From contig NW_026262637.1 in the NCBI RefSeq assembly GCF_021869535.1, positions 3,348,001 to 3,412,000 of the forward strand: DNA of 64,000 nt, written 5' to 3'. The DNA comes from Mytilus californianus. Its lineage: Eukaryota. Below, piece by piece: positions 49,225 through 62,879 of this stretch (position 1 is its first letter; each line of letters begins with the position of its first letter). Below the pieces are notes generated by a model that did no database searches, was not told the origin of the DNA, and saw only the letters and a list, made by a program, of their open reading frames with translations. A program made the translations under genes and the position numbers.

Positions 49225-52060
49225 AGAAAAATAAACAATTCAGATTAAATACCTATCGCGCTATTTTTGTATTCTATGTTACAGTCATTCATGTAAAATA
49301 AATTGAATCTTATTGAATTTTTAATTTTAATCTATGTATTAAATCGACAGATAGTTTAAATGTTGAATAGATTACAAAAAATTCTGCAACAATAAAACTA
49401 AATGTGCGATATATTTGGATATTGTCACTCAGTATAAGTTTTCAGTATAATTATACTGTTGTACGGAAACAAATTTCCCTGAACTATATTTGGGCAACAT
49501 ACATATATTGATTAGGTCGATTTTAAACCAAGACTACAGATAATATCAACATTGATATTCATCAATGAAAAATACCATTGCTCAATTGAAACTGAAAGCA
49601 AAAACTGGTTTGATTGTGTTGTTTGGGTTGCTGTCAAGTTGACGTAGATCCAATATCTTCTTTGGTTCATGATATGCAAGAAATGTTTCTTCCCTGCTCT
49701 ATTATAATACTATACCAAATGGCTGACTGGGGGTTCAGAAATATGTTTATGTCTGGACATCTCTGTTTCAATCAAACCCGGCAATGCGTTATTTTTAGTA
49801 TGGGGGATATCAATAAAATGAAATGAATAAATTATTTATTAAAGTGTCATCATCAATTACAATATCTATATATACACAATGACAACTTATGTTTTGTTTT
49901 GGGGATGTATATAAGTACCCTGCAACGTCCACTCCAACTGATTTTTATAGTTCGTTCATATGTTGTACTGTTACACCACTGTCCCAGGTTAGGGGGAGGG
50001 TATGGCGCCCGCTAACATGTTTAATCCCGGCACATTCTGTATGTGCCTGTCACAAGTCAGGAGCCTGTTATTAAGTGGATGTCGTTTGTTGCTGTATATC
50101 ATATTTGTTTTTCGTTCATTATTTTGTATATAAATCAGGCCGTTAGTTTTCTCGTTTGAATTGTTTTACATTTGTCATTTCGGGGCCTTTTATAGCTGAC
50201 TATGCGGTATGGGCTTTGCTCATTGTTGAAGGCTGTACGGTGACCTATATTTGTTAATTTCTTTGCATTTGGTCTCTTGTTGAGAGTTGTCTCATTGGCA
50301 ATCATCAAGTCAGGAGCCTGTAGTTCAGTGGTTGCCGTTGGTTCATGTCTGTCATATTTGTTTTTCGTTAATTGTTTTGTTATAAATTATGCCGTTAGTT
50401 TTCTCAATTGAATTGTTTCATATTTCTCATGTCGGGGCCTTTTATAGCCGACTATACGGTATGGGTTTCTTCTCATTGTTGAAGGCCGTACGGTTGCCTA
50501 TAATTGCTCACATCCACTTTGTTTGAACTTTGATGGATAGTTGTCTCATTGGCAATCATACCTCATCTCCTTATTTTTATATACCACATCTTCTTATTTT
50601 TGTATGAGATACTATCATTAAAACAGACATCGAATATATACATAAGAGACAATATTTTTTATATGTAAAAAGTAGTTAGAAATAGAAAGAATCAAAACTT
50701 CTAGAATATGATAGAAAAGAAAGGATAAACATAGTTTGGAGGGATCTAGCTAAATAAGGAATTATATTCTCATTACACATTAGATAACAGAGTTTAATAA
50801 TCAAATTCAATATTTAAAAGACAGATTTTGGCATATAATTTATGTCTGATATCAGATCAAAAACAAAAATTATTTAGAAAGTGCTTCTCGTCTTCAATTT
50901 GGCCACTATCACAAAAAATACACAAACGATCTTGTAGAGCTTCTGGTGGTCTAGTATATCGACCTGTTTCAACTTATGTTGTAATGCACCAGCTCTGAAT
51001 AGAGACAAAATACGTCGGTGGCATCTAGTATTAACAAAACGTACATAAGACTTCGTCCCAATACCAGTTTTAAACAATCTATAGAATCGCTATTTATTAC
51101 CATTGACATTGGTGTTATGCTACCATAACTCCTGATACATGCGTACCAAGCTTCTTTTTTTCAAAATTTGGTATTGAATCCCATAAATTACTCAAATTAA
51201 TAATATGTTCTACATTTTCAATCAACTTATATTTATAACCTGACTGTTACACTCTGTAATCCCATGACGATTTCAATATAAAAATACAATATAAAATATA
51301 ACTCTATAAACAGCCACGTTCGGTTGGAGTGGGAACGTTAAATCCGATGCTTTGTGTAGGGAAGTCCTTGCATGTCAAGTACTTTTACAACAACCTTTTG
51401 GGATCCGTAGGTGGCCTGTTGCAAGGCACAATTTCTGCCATATCCAAAATAAAAATTATAATAATACATTATAAGATAAACGCTTTTCTAGATTGACCTT
51501 CATCGGTGTATCAGAAAAATAAACAATTCAGATTAAATACCTATCGCTCTTTTTGTATTCTATGTTATAATCATTCATATAAAATAAATTGAATCTTATT
51601 GAATTTTTAATTTTAATCGATGTATTGAATCAACAGATGGTTTAAATATTCAGTATATTACAATCAGTTCTTCAACAATAAAACTAAATGTACAGTATAT
51701 TTGGATATTGTCACTCGATATAAGGCCACCTAAGTTTCACTATAAGTGTACCGTTGTACGGAAACAAAGAATAAGGAAAGATCTTGAGGTCTCTTTTCCT
51801 ATTTGCGCAACTTTAATTTATTGACAAAATCGATTTCAAACCAAGACAACTGATAATATCAACAATGACATTCACTGATCATATATATATTATTTCCCCG
51901 CCTGACAACTATGTAGACACTGAAAGGAAACTCAGGTTGCTTGTGTTGTTGGTTTGATGTCAACTTGAAGTAGATCAAACACATCTCCTTTTGTACATTT
52001 CTAACATAATAAAAGAAATTCGTGATAATAAGAATTTGTATATGCACTCTTTCCATGTTT
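49225..52060 (+). repeat. Local duplication: 49225-49720 is similar to 51513-52060
   Basis: Colinear matches starting aaaataaacaattcagattaaatacctatcgc. Confidence 0.8.
49880..50600 (+). repeat. Two tandem family D copies
   Basis: Both end gttgtctcattggcaatcat; the second starts aagtcaggagcctg at ~50307. Confidence 0.8.
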
Positions 52061-53691
52061 TGACCTGATCTATTATTAGGATAATACCTAAAGGATTGAC
52101 TTTAGTTAAAAATATGTCTCTCTTCCGATACTTATACGTGTAGGTAAATTTTTGCGGGATGTTTAAATACGCAAACACGTTCGATCGGAGTGAGAACGTT
52201 AACCCCAATACTTTATGTAGGGAAAGTTTCACGCTCTCTGCATAAGGAGAACCATTTCAATAACTCCTCGAAGGTCCGGAAGTGACATATAGCAAAGCAA
52301 AATGTCTGCAATTTCACAAGGTTTTTTTGGGGATTTACACTCATCAGAAACGCTCAAACACAAAAAAATTGAAAACCACGGATGTACAAATGCTAAAAAC
52401 TTTAGGAGTTATATGACACAATGAACACAAAAAAGAGACATTTCCACCTATGGTCAACTTTGCCTGTTTCTACTTTCTTAATTTGCAATTCCTGTTACTC
52501 TTTGAAGACTTTTCGTACATTTTTTTTAACTTTTCAATAAATTATACTTTTACAATCCCTTTAAACAAAGCATTATTTCAGCCAAAACGTGAATCCCTTA
52601 AAGCCCTTACACGTATATTTCACATTAATCAAGCACACGGTCCTGTTTATAATTTTGATATATTGACTATTATTTTTGACAAATCTGAATAATTTTTTTT
52701 TATCCGTAACAAATATCCATAATAAAATATATATTTTTGTATATGAAAAGTTAATCCAGCCATGTGTTTTTTTTGTTTTTTTTGTTTTGTTTTTTTTTCG
52801 CTTCTCCAGTTAAGTATTTTTGGTGAACACGGATAAATAACAGTTTATTGAGACAAGCGAGACGTATCTGAACAGTGTATAAGCTTAACTAATTCAAATA
52901 CTCTAGTGAAAACTGAACAAAAAACTGTTCAGTCGTAAAAAGATATAAATACATGGCAAGTTTAGTTTATACTAGTAGTTTGTTTATTAGTCAAAGCGAG
53001 ACATGCATACAGTGTTAGTTGTGTGGTACCGTCTATTAGAGACGTGGTTCAAATTGGATTGCCTCCCGTTAACCAGATCAAAATCATTTTAAAAAGAATA
53101 CCAGTTTCAATGCAAAATTTTATATATGTATGTGAGGTAGAAATACGAATATTAGTATAAAGTGTGTCGAAAGTCCGGACGTCTCTTTAATGAGGCACCA
53201 AACAATGAAAGAAATATTTTATCACCAAAAGATAGATTGAAGATAACATTTTTTTCGATGCGTCAATAAAAAAGCTTACATTTGTGTAAGGAGCAGAAAC
53301 ACCCGAAGATTGCTAAATTTAACGACACCACTGATCCTTCGGGGTCGTTTTCCTAGAACACTTTTGACCTTTAAGAACCAACATACGAACAATTAGTTGT
53401 CTTTTATAGAACTAAATATATGTTCTCTCTTGTAAAAGCTTGATAACAGATATCTGGACAAAAGAAGACCATATATATTCCAGTTTACAGCGATATTAAA
53501 GTCATAAATAGATGTAACCGAGGAAGAAGATATCTACTATTCAATGAAATGGAACTTCACATGTACGTTATCTACCGGAAGAGTTGGTGTAGAGTTATTA
53601 ACCAAAGGACATTAAGGCAACTTTATAACGAAGGGCAGTAAAACGCTCGTTAATTTATATAAAAATGAAAACAACACGTTATTAATTTTAC

Positions 53692-53733
53692 GCGTCCGAA
53701 GCGCTTTTCTGGGTTTACCGTCATCAGGAACCC
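53692..53733 (-). ncRNA. Hammerhead motif, family B, in a ~100-nt fragment
   Basis: gggttc CTGATGA C-GG-taaac-CC-A GAAA A-gcgc-T TC ggacgc. Confidence 0.7.
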
Positions 53734-54002
53734 TCAAAGCCGAATATTTGAAAGCCGAGAATGTATAATTTATACAGCTCTCATGGTTTCCTCCAGAGTT
53801 GTCTCGCCTATGGCACAATACCAAAGAAAAAAAAAGATTTTAACATTTTGAATTAAACCTCGTATTGTTTTGCCAAAAAATGTTTTTATAAATATCAAAA
53901 AAATGAATAACAAATGAGTATTTTGTGAAACCTACATTGTACGTTCATTTCTACGGAAGAGTATTAGCGCCACACAACTTTTTTTTTAATATTTCTTCCT
54001 AT

Positions 54003-54162
54003 GTTTGCGTTATTACGCAAACATTTGCGAAATAACGCAAACCTTTGCGTTATAACGCAAACATTTGCGAAATAACGCAAACTTTTGCGTTATAACGCAA
54101 ACCTTTGCGTCATAACGCAAACATTTGCGAAATAACGCAAACCTTTGCGTTATAAAGCAAAC
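54003..54162. repeat. Array of eight 20-bp palindromic units
   Basis: tttgcgttataacgcaaa (perfect palindrome) interleaved with tttgcgaaataacgcaaa. Confidence 0.95.
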
Positions 54163-55077
54163 ATCTTGATTTCAATTATTCATTAAGTTTTGTATATATG
54201 TCTGTCTGTCATTAATTTCGGTTGTGATTTAGTAGTACATAGGAAAAGAACCATAAATACAAGGCCAACTCATTATAATAGATTTGCATAGGAATAATGG
54301 AATACTTGAAGTGCAATTATACATAAATTAAGAATGATCTGTGCATCAGAAAAGTATAAAAATTTAACAAGAAAATAGATATGGTATAGGCATATTTCAA
54401 TTGAAAGAGCAAAACTAATGTTATACATTTGTGAAACTTTCAAGTCAAAAAGACAAAATGATCTTTCTGCTTTAAAATGAATTATTAATAAAGAAACATT
54501 TTTTTTTTAAATTTGATGCTAGATTTTTTTTAAATCTCAGAATATGATCAAGATTCTTTGATAGAAATTCATGGAATTTTCATTTCAATCTAGTGAAGTA
54601 ACTTTAAGATACTTGGGTAGCAATTTAAATGTAGAGAACATAATTTTAATAATAAAACATCTTCGTTTTATTGCAAAAAGGTAGCTTGTTTTGATCTAAC
54701 CAACCTTACACAATCCTCAAACGAGAGCTTACTTTGGAAGTATATTTATATTTGGCTATAGCTATATTAGCAGGGTTGATTTTTTATATTCTTCGATACA
54801 ACTTCAATTTACTCAATTTTCTTAGTAATATGTATACTACTTTTTATTCGCATAACATAATTAATTGTTTAACCTTTAAATTCTGACACATTTATGTTCC
54901 TTTTCAGCTACCGTCTGGTCGGTTTTTCTATTTTCGTAAGTTGATTTTTTTATCCGTTATTGTAGATGTCCCTCAGGACCATGTGTGTCTACAAGATGTC
55001 GGAATAAATACATCACGCCGTATATGTAATTACACTTCAAATAAACTCATCATAGATAACAGGATTAAAAATGTGTA

Positions 55078-55119
55078 CGCCAGACGCGCGTTTCGTATAC
55101 AAAATATTCATTAGTGACG
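55078..55119 (-). ncRNA. Degenerate hammerhead motif, family A
   Basis: cgtca CTAATGA atattttgtatac GAAA C-gcgc-GTC tggcg. Confidence 0.65.
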
Positions 55120-58100
55120 CGCGAAAAAAAGTGAAAAAGACAAAAACAAAGTACAAAGTTGAAGAACAAATAGATAATATTAAAACGAAGAATTCTATTG
55201 GTATCATGTAACGATATTCATCAGGTTTTAGTCTTAATAATACTTGTTCGCGTTTGTTTTATGCAAAGAATTTATTAATAACTTGCCATGTAACTTGTGT
55301 GTGTTCGTTGGGCATACAATTACTAATATGCGTGCAAATCATATTCTGTATCAAGCTTCAATTCACACTTTTCAGTAAAACAAAGTAACATGATTCTGTC
55401 AATTATAGCAACAATGAGAATAAACGGACCTTTGTATCTCAAAGTAGAAAATTGTAACACATGATTTCCATTATTTAAGTTAAATAAGCACATACTGTGA
55501 ATATCCTTAAAAACACACAAACAGAGATAGCGAGAGAAAGTTTTCTCGTTATTTTCAAATTCTTAATATAATTCTAAGCCAATTTTATACTTCTGAATTC
55601 ATACAATAAAATTTGTAATAAGATATTACTTATACAAGCCTAAGAAATAAATCTACGACGATTAATTCATCTGGTTACTTCCAAAGCACAAACAACAGTG
55701 ATGCTTATCCAAAACGGATATAATTTGTCACGATTGACTATTACAATGTCTCGTTGCATCTTTACATAACAGTAATGTGTATGCCGGGGTTTATTCCATC
55801 GGAAGAAGATATTCGTTATCAATTAATCGCATCGGATCGATCAATAGAAACGTTTAATCAATGCACGATAGTTTAACAAAATTAAAATGTATCCCGATTT
55901 GCCATTCATTTTAAATTGACATTTTGAAAAAAACGTGTCCTAACCATGAGCAACCTGAGCGCCGAACGTGGAGCAGAACCTGCTTACACTTCCGGAACAC
56001 TTGATATCACCTGTTTTTTTTTATATTGTTTTTGATGCCCTGGTCTTTAGTTTTCCGTGTAGTCTGTTGCTTGTCTTCTCGTAGTTTTTCCTGTTTTGTT
56101 TTGCCCTGGTGTTGTCAGCTTGTCACCCTGGTGTTGTCAGCTTGTCACCGACTTATGAGTTTGATTATCCTTTTGGTATTTTCCTCTTTTATTATAAAAA
56201 GCTTCAATGATTGATTGAGGTATAACAAAAATAAAATTAAGGGCTTCCGAGACGACAAGGAGAAAAAAGAGGAAAAAGAAATAGAATGCTTTCTTTTTTT
56301 TTGTCATGTCTAGGAATTGTTACATAACCATAATTAATCCCTGATTTCTTTGGTATTGCTAGGAAGTGTGCTCATGTTTGACTAAGTAAGTTGTCACTTG
56401 TTGAAGGGGTTTTAGGAATACTAAAATAATTACGTGGAACCAACAGTGCAAAGAGAAAAAACTTAGCCGAATACCAAATAATGCATGGAATTGAATCAAC
56501 CTTCTGATGTCTTGACAGAATTTCTACTTGTTCTTAATTAGTTCTTATTTGATATCCTAGCTATTACAGATAGTAGAACTGTCCAATTGTGACATTGATA
56601 CATGTTGTTCAATGCATTTATTATTACGATCAGAAATGCTGCATGTTTGTTTTAATATCATTTTGAAATTCAAAATATGCCCATTTATACATTTTATCAA
56701 TAATAAAATTTTCTTCGTAATGATGAATTTGTTAAACATTCTTTTCTACAACTGCATCTGATATGTTTGACGGTCTGTCACTCACTGCATTACTTTAATC
56801 TGAAAAAAGTTTAGGAAATGACATAATTTCATTTAAATGTTGATCAATTTAATTCCCTTAAAATGTTGCTTATCAAATTCTTCGATAAGGATCAAAAGTC
56901 TTTAATTATATTCATCTCAGTAAATGCCACTCTAACTATTGTTGACTTTATATTTGTTTTTTAATAATATTTGCTGCTGAATTTAATAAAAAAAAAAGAA
57001 GAAAAAAAGCACCATCGTCATAACTGTTGTCTTTTTGAATGGAACGTGCCTCATACCTCAAAATATTCAAACAATGTACTGAAGCACTACAGTGCATGGC
57101 GAAACAAATATTTCTCTGAATTTTTTTTTTATCAAAATATAAATACAAAAGGAATATGGTACAGAAATTTGTGTAAGTCAGTCAGACGGGCGACAGTGAG
57201 TTTGTCATTTGGTAACAACTGCTACCTGTATATCACATACTTAAAGATTTGACAAAACCTGGTTTAGCAATAAATAGACTAATGTAATATTTGCTACTAG
57301 ACATTTAACAGCCATTAAGCAATTAATCAATCTTATCTGCATCTGACATATTTTAGGAATTTTAACAGTTATATCAATATTTAGCTTGATAATAATTTTT
57401 AATTAATGGATATGCCATTAGTTGTAGGAAAACTTTACATACAAAACCTATATGTACTTATTTTTAAAACTTAAGCAATCGTGTTTGTGGTTATAAATAA
57501 AGTTTTACTTCTTGTTTTTACAATAATCACTACAATCCATTAGTTTCATTATAGTCAGACAAAAGCTAAAATAAAATCATCGGCGGAGATTTTGCATGCA
57601 ATCTAAATAATGCCATACAGTCATATAGATAGCAAGTATATCCATCAGAGCTACAGCTAAAGAGTTATCAACACGAAACAATAATATATCCTATAACACA
57701 TTCTGTCTCAACTATATTTAGTCAGTAACAAATCTTCCGGTATTTTATAGAAATTTGTGTCAGAATTTTCAAAAGATACATCAAAAGTTGTATCAACCAT
57801 TAGTTGTGACCAGAAAAATCCAAAAAAATACATTGCTGATGACAATACATTACAGATGACATTTTAAGGAATTAGGAATGAGTTAATAGCGTCAGATACG
57901 TCTATGTTGAGAGGAACCATGCGTAGTAATGGAAAACACAACTAGCCGCAAATGAAAACAAATATTTGTACAAAATAATTATTTTATGTGATGCTCTAAG
58001 CTCATTTTAACATAGGGAGAAATAAAATTTGTCATTTTCTCTTTACACTGAGAGTTAGCAAGGTGTAAAATATTGACACATATAATGGTTATTTTTAGAA

Positions 58101-60211
58101 TCGGAACTTAGAGCCTGATAATATGTATATAATCTTGTTTATGTTGACCACTGTATGCTTACCTCTAGATGTTTTTTTTTGTCGTTGGGTTGCTGTATCA
58201 TTTACGTTTACCTCTGATATCCTTTTAATGAAGGTTTACACATGAAGACGTAGGTGGAAATCTCATTTCTGAAATTAATTTAAAATACTATTACAAGAAG
58301 ACACGTCTGACCTTGTATATAGTCTGACAATTTGTAATAACGCAATATAGTGAATGTTGACATAGATACAGACAACAAGACTGTGTGCTTGATATTTAAT
58401 CATTTTGAACTTTGATAAAATATTGTCGCCTTAATTTCCCGCATCAATCGTTATAACTTTAACTTTTTCATATATCATTTGTCACTGTTATATTATTTAC
58501 TAGAAGAGGAATCAATATTTTAACAAACTTTTTCAAATACGGTGGTTTTTTTTTCTGCTGTCTTTATATCTACTTACATGAAGTCATTTCATATAGATTG
58601 TGTAGGTAGCAGTATGGTCAACTTAAAGTTAATATGAAATCGTAAGTTAATTCAAACGAATAACACATCATGATAGTCTATTCACCTGAGTATGAAATAC
58701 TGCAAAACTTAGAAATAGAAAGCATTTCATGCTGCATGTATGACACGTGTCAAATTAATTCACAGTGAAAAGCTTAAGTCATATTCGAAAAGTCAAAAAG
58801 GAAAAAAACAAAGCTTGTACCTAAGACAAAGGAAATTGGTTCTTTCATGTATGTCGAGCCAAGTCATAATATCGATGGTAACAAAACTACATTTTGGTAT
58901 GTTCAACATGTTTTGAATTTTTCATTTATTGTTCGTAGTTTTGAAAATAGTATACGTAGAATTACTTTAACTAAGTTATCAATATTTTTAATTTTACAAA
59001 AACTGTTTTATAAAAAAGTACTGTAATCACAGTATTTTCCAATCTCTAACTCTGATCTGCAACACAAAGATCAAAGTATTCAGATAAAACCGTTCTTCTT
59101 TTATTTCAGGAATAATCTTTTTGAACAACAATATTACATCCTGTGACATGGATATGTTTTTAACTCGATCTGAGATGTCTTCCCGAAAAGTACAACTGCA
59201 TTGTTAAATCATACATCAGACATGAGACATATAAAAGATGAAAATCACCCTTATGATCTTGTAAGCCTCTGTAAGTCAATACTTCATGATTCTTTTATGC
59301 GTATCAATCTGGAATTAAACTATAGACGATTTATTATATCGACGTGTACTTATACCAATTATGAAATGTTAGAAGTGAACACCACCTAAGCAAAACAATG
59401 ACAGTGACCTAGATCTACGTATCGCCATGTCATTTGCACTCTAGTTGATAGTTGTCTCATTGGCAATCTACTTATTTTAATAAGCAAAACAACTGTTCTC
59501 TGGTTGCTGAAGGAACTCTTCAAAACAGATCCAATTTTATCATATACATTTTGAAATGCATTTTCTAATGCCCCTGAATGATATTTAATAAAAACAAAGT
59601 ATTGAACCTATTTCTGTAAATATGACACATGCCTTTCGAAAATCTTTTATCAGAAACACTCCAGACTAATCAGTCTGTAAAGGCAAACAACAATACTATT
59701 CAGAACACAAAAGCAAACAGCCTATTAAAAGAGTTTTAAAATCAACTTTGAAACCTTTCAGTTGATGTTATATTAAAGATTATGTATATTTTAAGGTTAT
59801 TATTTTATGCATTGAAGCATATTTCATTGAAACTTCGTATCGTCCAGGTTGATTCTTCGAAGAAATGACCTATCGTAGTGATAGAAACTAACTCTATATA
59901 GGTATATAAATCATAATATACCACCTAAACTTTTACATATAAAATGTACCATTGTCATTACGACATTGTCGAAGCCGTGGCCACTGATTGAATGGTACAC
60001 AGTTATACATTTTGTACTAAATAGTATATCTTACTTGATGTTCCATAACACTGATATTTTATATTTAATGTCTGAGCAAATTTTTATTGACCGTTATCCT
60101 ACAAGACTCGGACTGCTTTGAGTTCTACGATGATCTCAGTTTTGTCCATCTTGATTCGTGTATTTAAAATTGATTGCAGAGATTTGAATATTTTCCTCTT
60201 GATTTGTAGAA

Positions 60212-60835
60212 GAGGGACGAAAGATACCAGAGGGACAGTCAAACTCATAGATCGATAACAAACTGACAACGCCATGGCCAAAAATAAAAAGACAAACAGA
60301 CAAATAATAGTACAAATGACACAACATAGAAAACTAAAGACTAAGCAACAAGAACCCCACCAAAAACTTGGGGTGTCCTCAGGTGCTCTGGAAGGGTAAG
60401 CAGATCCTGCTCTACAAGTGGCACCCGTCGTGTTGCTTATGTTATTACAAATCCGGTAAATAGTCTAATTATGTAAGGTCACATTCGTGAAAAGGGAAGG
60501 GTATTGTAGTTACGACATAAGGAACATATCCGATATCATGTGTGAAACGGTTATTCCATAACGGTCAACCAACTCGTGATGGCGTCCGTAAAATTTACGA
60601 AGGGGTGATTTCAACTTCACCATTTGGAACTCTTGGTTTAATAGCTTCCTTGTGAGCAGCAATCCTCTATCAAGGAAATCATGATAGGAAATACAAGCCC
60701 GGGAATATCGTATCAATTGGGAGATATATACTCCGTATGCAGGCGCTGCTGGAATGTTGCTACATAGAAATGGAAAGTTCACAATTGGGAAGCTGAAATC
60801 ATCTCTTTTGTCGTAAAGTTTTGTTTTCATAATGT
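60212..60835 (-). mobile_element. Penelope-like family 2, 5'-truncated copy with open RT C-terminus (ORF 60510..60830)
   Basis: KTKLYDKRDDFSFPIVNFPFLCSNIPAAPAYGVYISQLIRYSRAC...KFYGRHHELVDRYG; paralogous to family 1 RT. Confidence 0.88.
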
Positions 60836-62879
60836 TTAGATGATCAAGATAAAATGAATAGCATCGAGTACTGTTAAAATAAATTACTCCTCCACAGTTT
60901 ATTATGCTATCCTAAGTCAGGTACTAGTACCATGCATTAGGTGTCTTTTTTTTAAATCTTAGCTGTTTGTCCTTTCTGTGATTTGTAATTGATGGCTGGC
61001 AGCTTCCATTAAATAAAACACGAAAAATATATAAAGTATGCAAAATAGATAGTTCTTTACGATAAAAGAAAGGCGGAAGATATCAAAGAAATATTCAAAC
61101 TCATAAATCGAAGACATACTGACAATGCCAGGGCAAAAAATATCGATGAAAAGACAAAGAACTTTTAGTATAGTCAATGAAAGTTCAAACACTTGTTTAT
61201 TAGTTAGCTGTTACAAATTTCATTACCGACTATTTGTTGAAGTCAATGAAACTTTCAACAAATATTTTGTGTTACTTCAACGTTTAACACTTTCAGCTGA
61301 TTACATAAGAGTTTCACCTCTTTATCTGTGGGGAAAACTTTTATTCATGCCCTTAACTTATGTACCAATATCATGTATAACTAACATCATTAGACAGACA
61401 AGTGTCTGTGTTTTATCAATAGTGCCATTACATTTGTATTGTATAACCGATAATGTCTATTGGTCAATGATAATGCTTGGTAATTACTTACACGATAAAA
61501 CAATCAACACCAATATTACTTGAATCACACTTCTTCAAAAATTATTGGACATTTATGGCTATTCGATTCCATCATATTAATCATGTTAATATGGCTTTCA
61601 ATTGAATGGTACACATTGGCACTATTTCAGATACGGGCTTGAGATGAGGGATTGATTGATTTAAGCTTCTGCATATTTACAATGTATTGGAGATTTATCT
61701 GTGTTTATTTTCGTTCATATTTAAAACGTCTTTTCGTTTATCATTGCTTTTGGAATTATTAAAACCAATTGCATATTAATTTATGTATTAAACTGTTACA
61801 AATATCAATGATCTTGCTATACGTGTATACTTTTAAGAAAAGTTTATTGAAAGGACAAATCAATCATTTACTCATCGTATCATAAAGACATCTTTAATTT
61901 TCTATTTCAATTTCTGAAAGGGAAACACTTCCATTGTGACATGTATGATACGTACAGAAATGCAACTTGAGTCTTTCATAATAAAACCCTATCATTTCAG
62001 AAATTGAGAAGACTTCTTCATTAAAGGAGAGTCAACACTCTAAATGCTTTGATTACAATGAAGCTTATCACATATATATGTATTTGACAGAACTTAATGA
62101 GTACAGCTAACCAACACTGCTTTAAATGAGATCTGACAGAAGCAAAATCCCTTATAAAAGACATTCACTGAATTTATACATTTACTTATGAGTAAATATA
62201 AAGAGGAGGTAAAAGGTACATATTAACAGCTTTTCTCTAAATGCATGAAGACTAAGTTTGAAATAAAACAGTACAGATTAAATCAATGACTTTATCGACG
62301 ATCTAACTAATATCATAATAATGTGAGTGGTCATTTATCGTGCATTCTCCCTCAGTTTTTGTACCTTGAAGGATTTATGAGATTTGAACATCGGTAAATT
62401 ACTCTTGCTTCTAACTCTCCAGCAAAAAAGTAAAAAACACCTGAAAATCTGAAAGCTCAATAATGAATTTTAAGTTTAAATCTTAGCTTGATAACTGTTT
62501 TGTATTTGACAATAATTATAACAATAATGATATAACTATTTTATTTATCCTTTAAAGTTAAAATATCTGGGGTTATTTCAATCATACCATGCTCATTATT
62601 TTTATATACAAAATTTCAAAATATTAAAGAAAATTTGGGTTCAATTTTCTATTGATCATTTGACTTATTGAAATATTAATATACTAGTAAAGTAAAATGC
62701 CAGTAAAAACCACTAGCATCCGTGCTAGAGAAATCATCGATGGTTAACTGCCAATGGTTATTGTTTCACGATAAAAGCAGGCTAGGTACAAAGGAATGAA
62801 AGGATAAGATAATGGTTACCATAAAAACAATTAAATGTCTGTTGTTGCGTATTGGCAAGTGAAAGTCAAATTTATTGTA

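Noticed and set aside
53490-53570. Possible LINE endonuclease relic (DRCNRGRRYLLF)
   Set aside because: Too short and degenerate to support.
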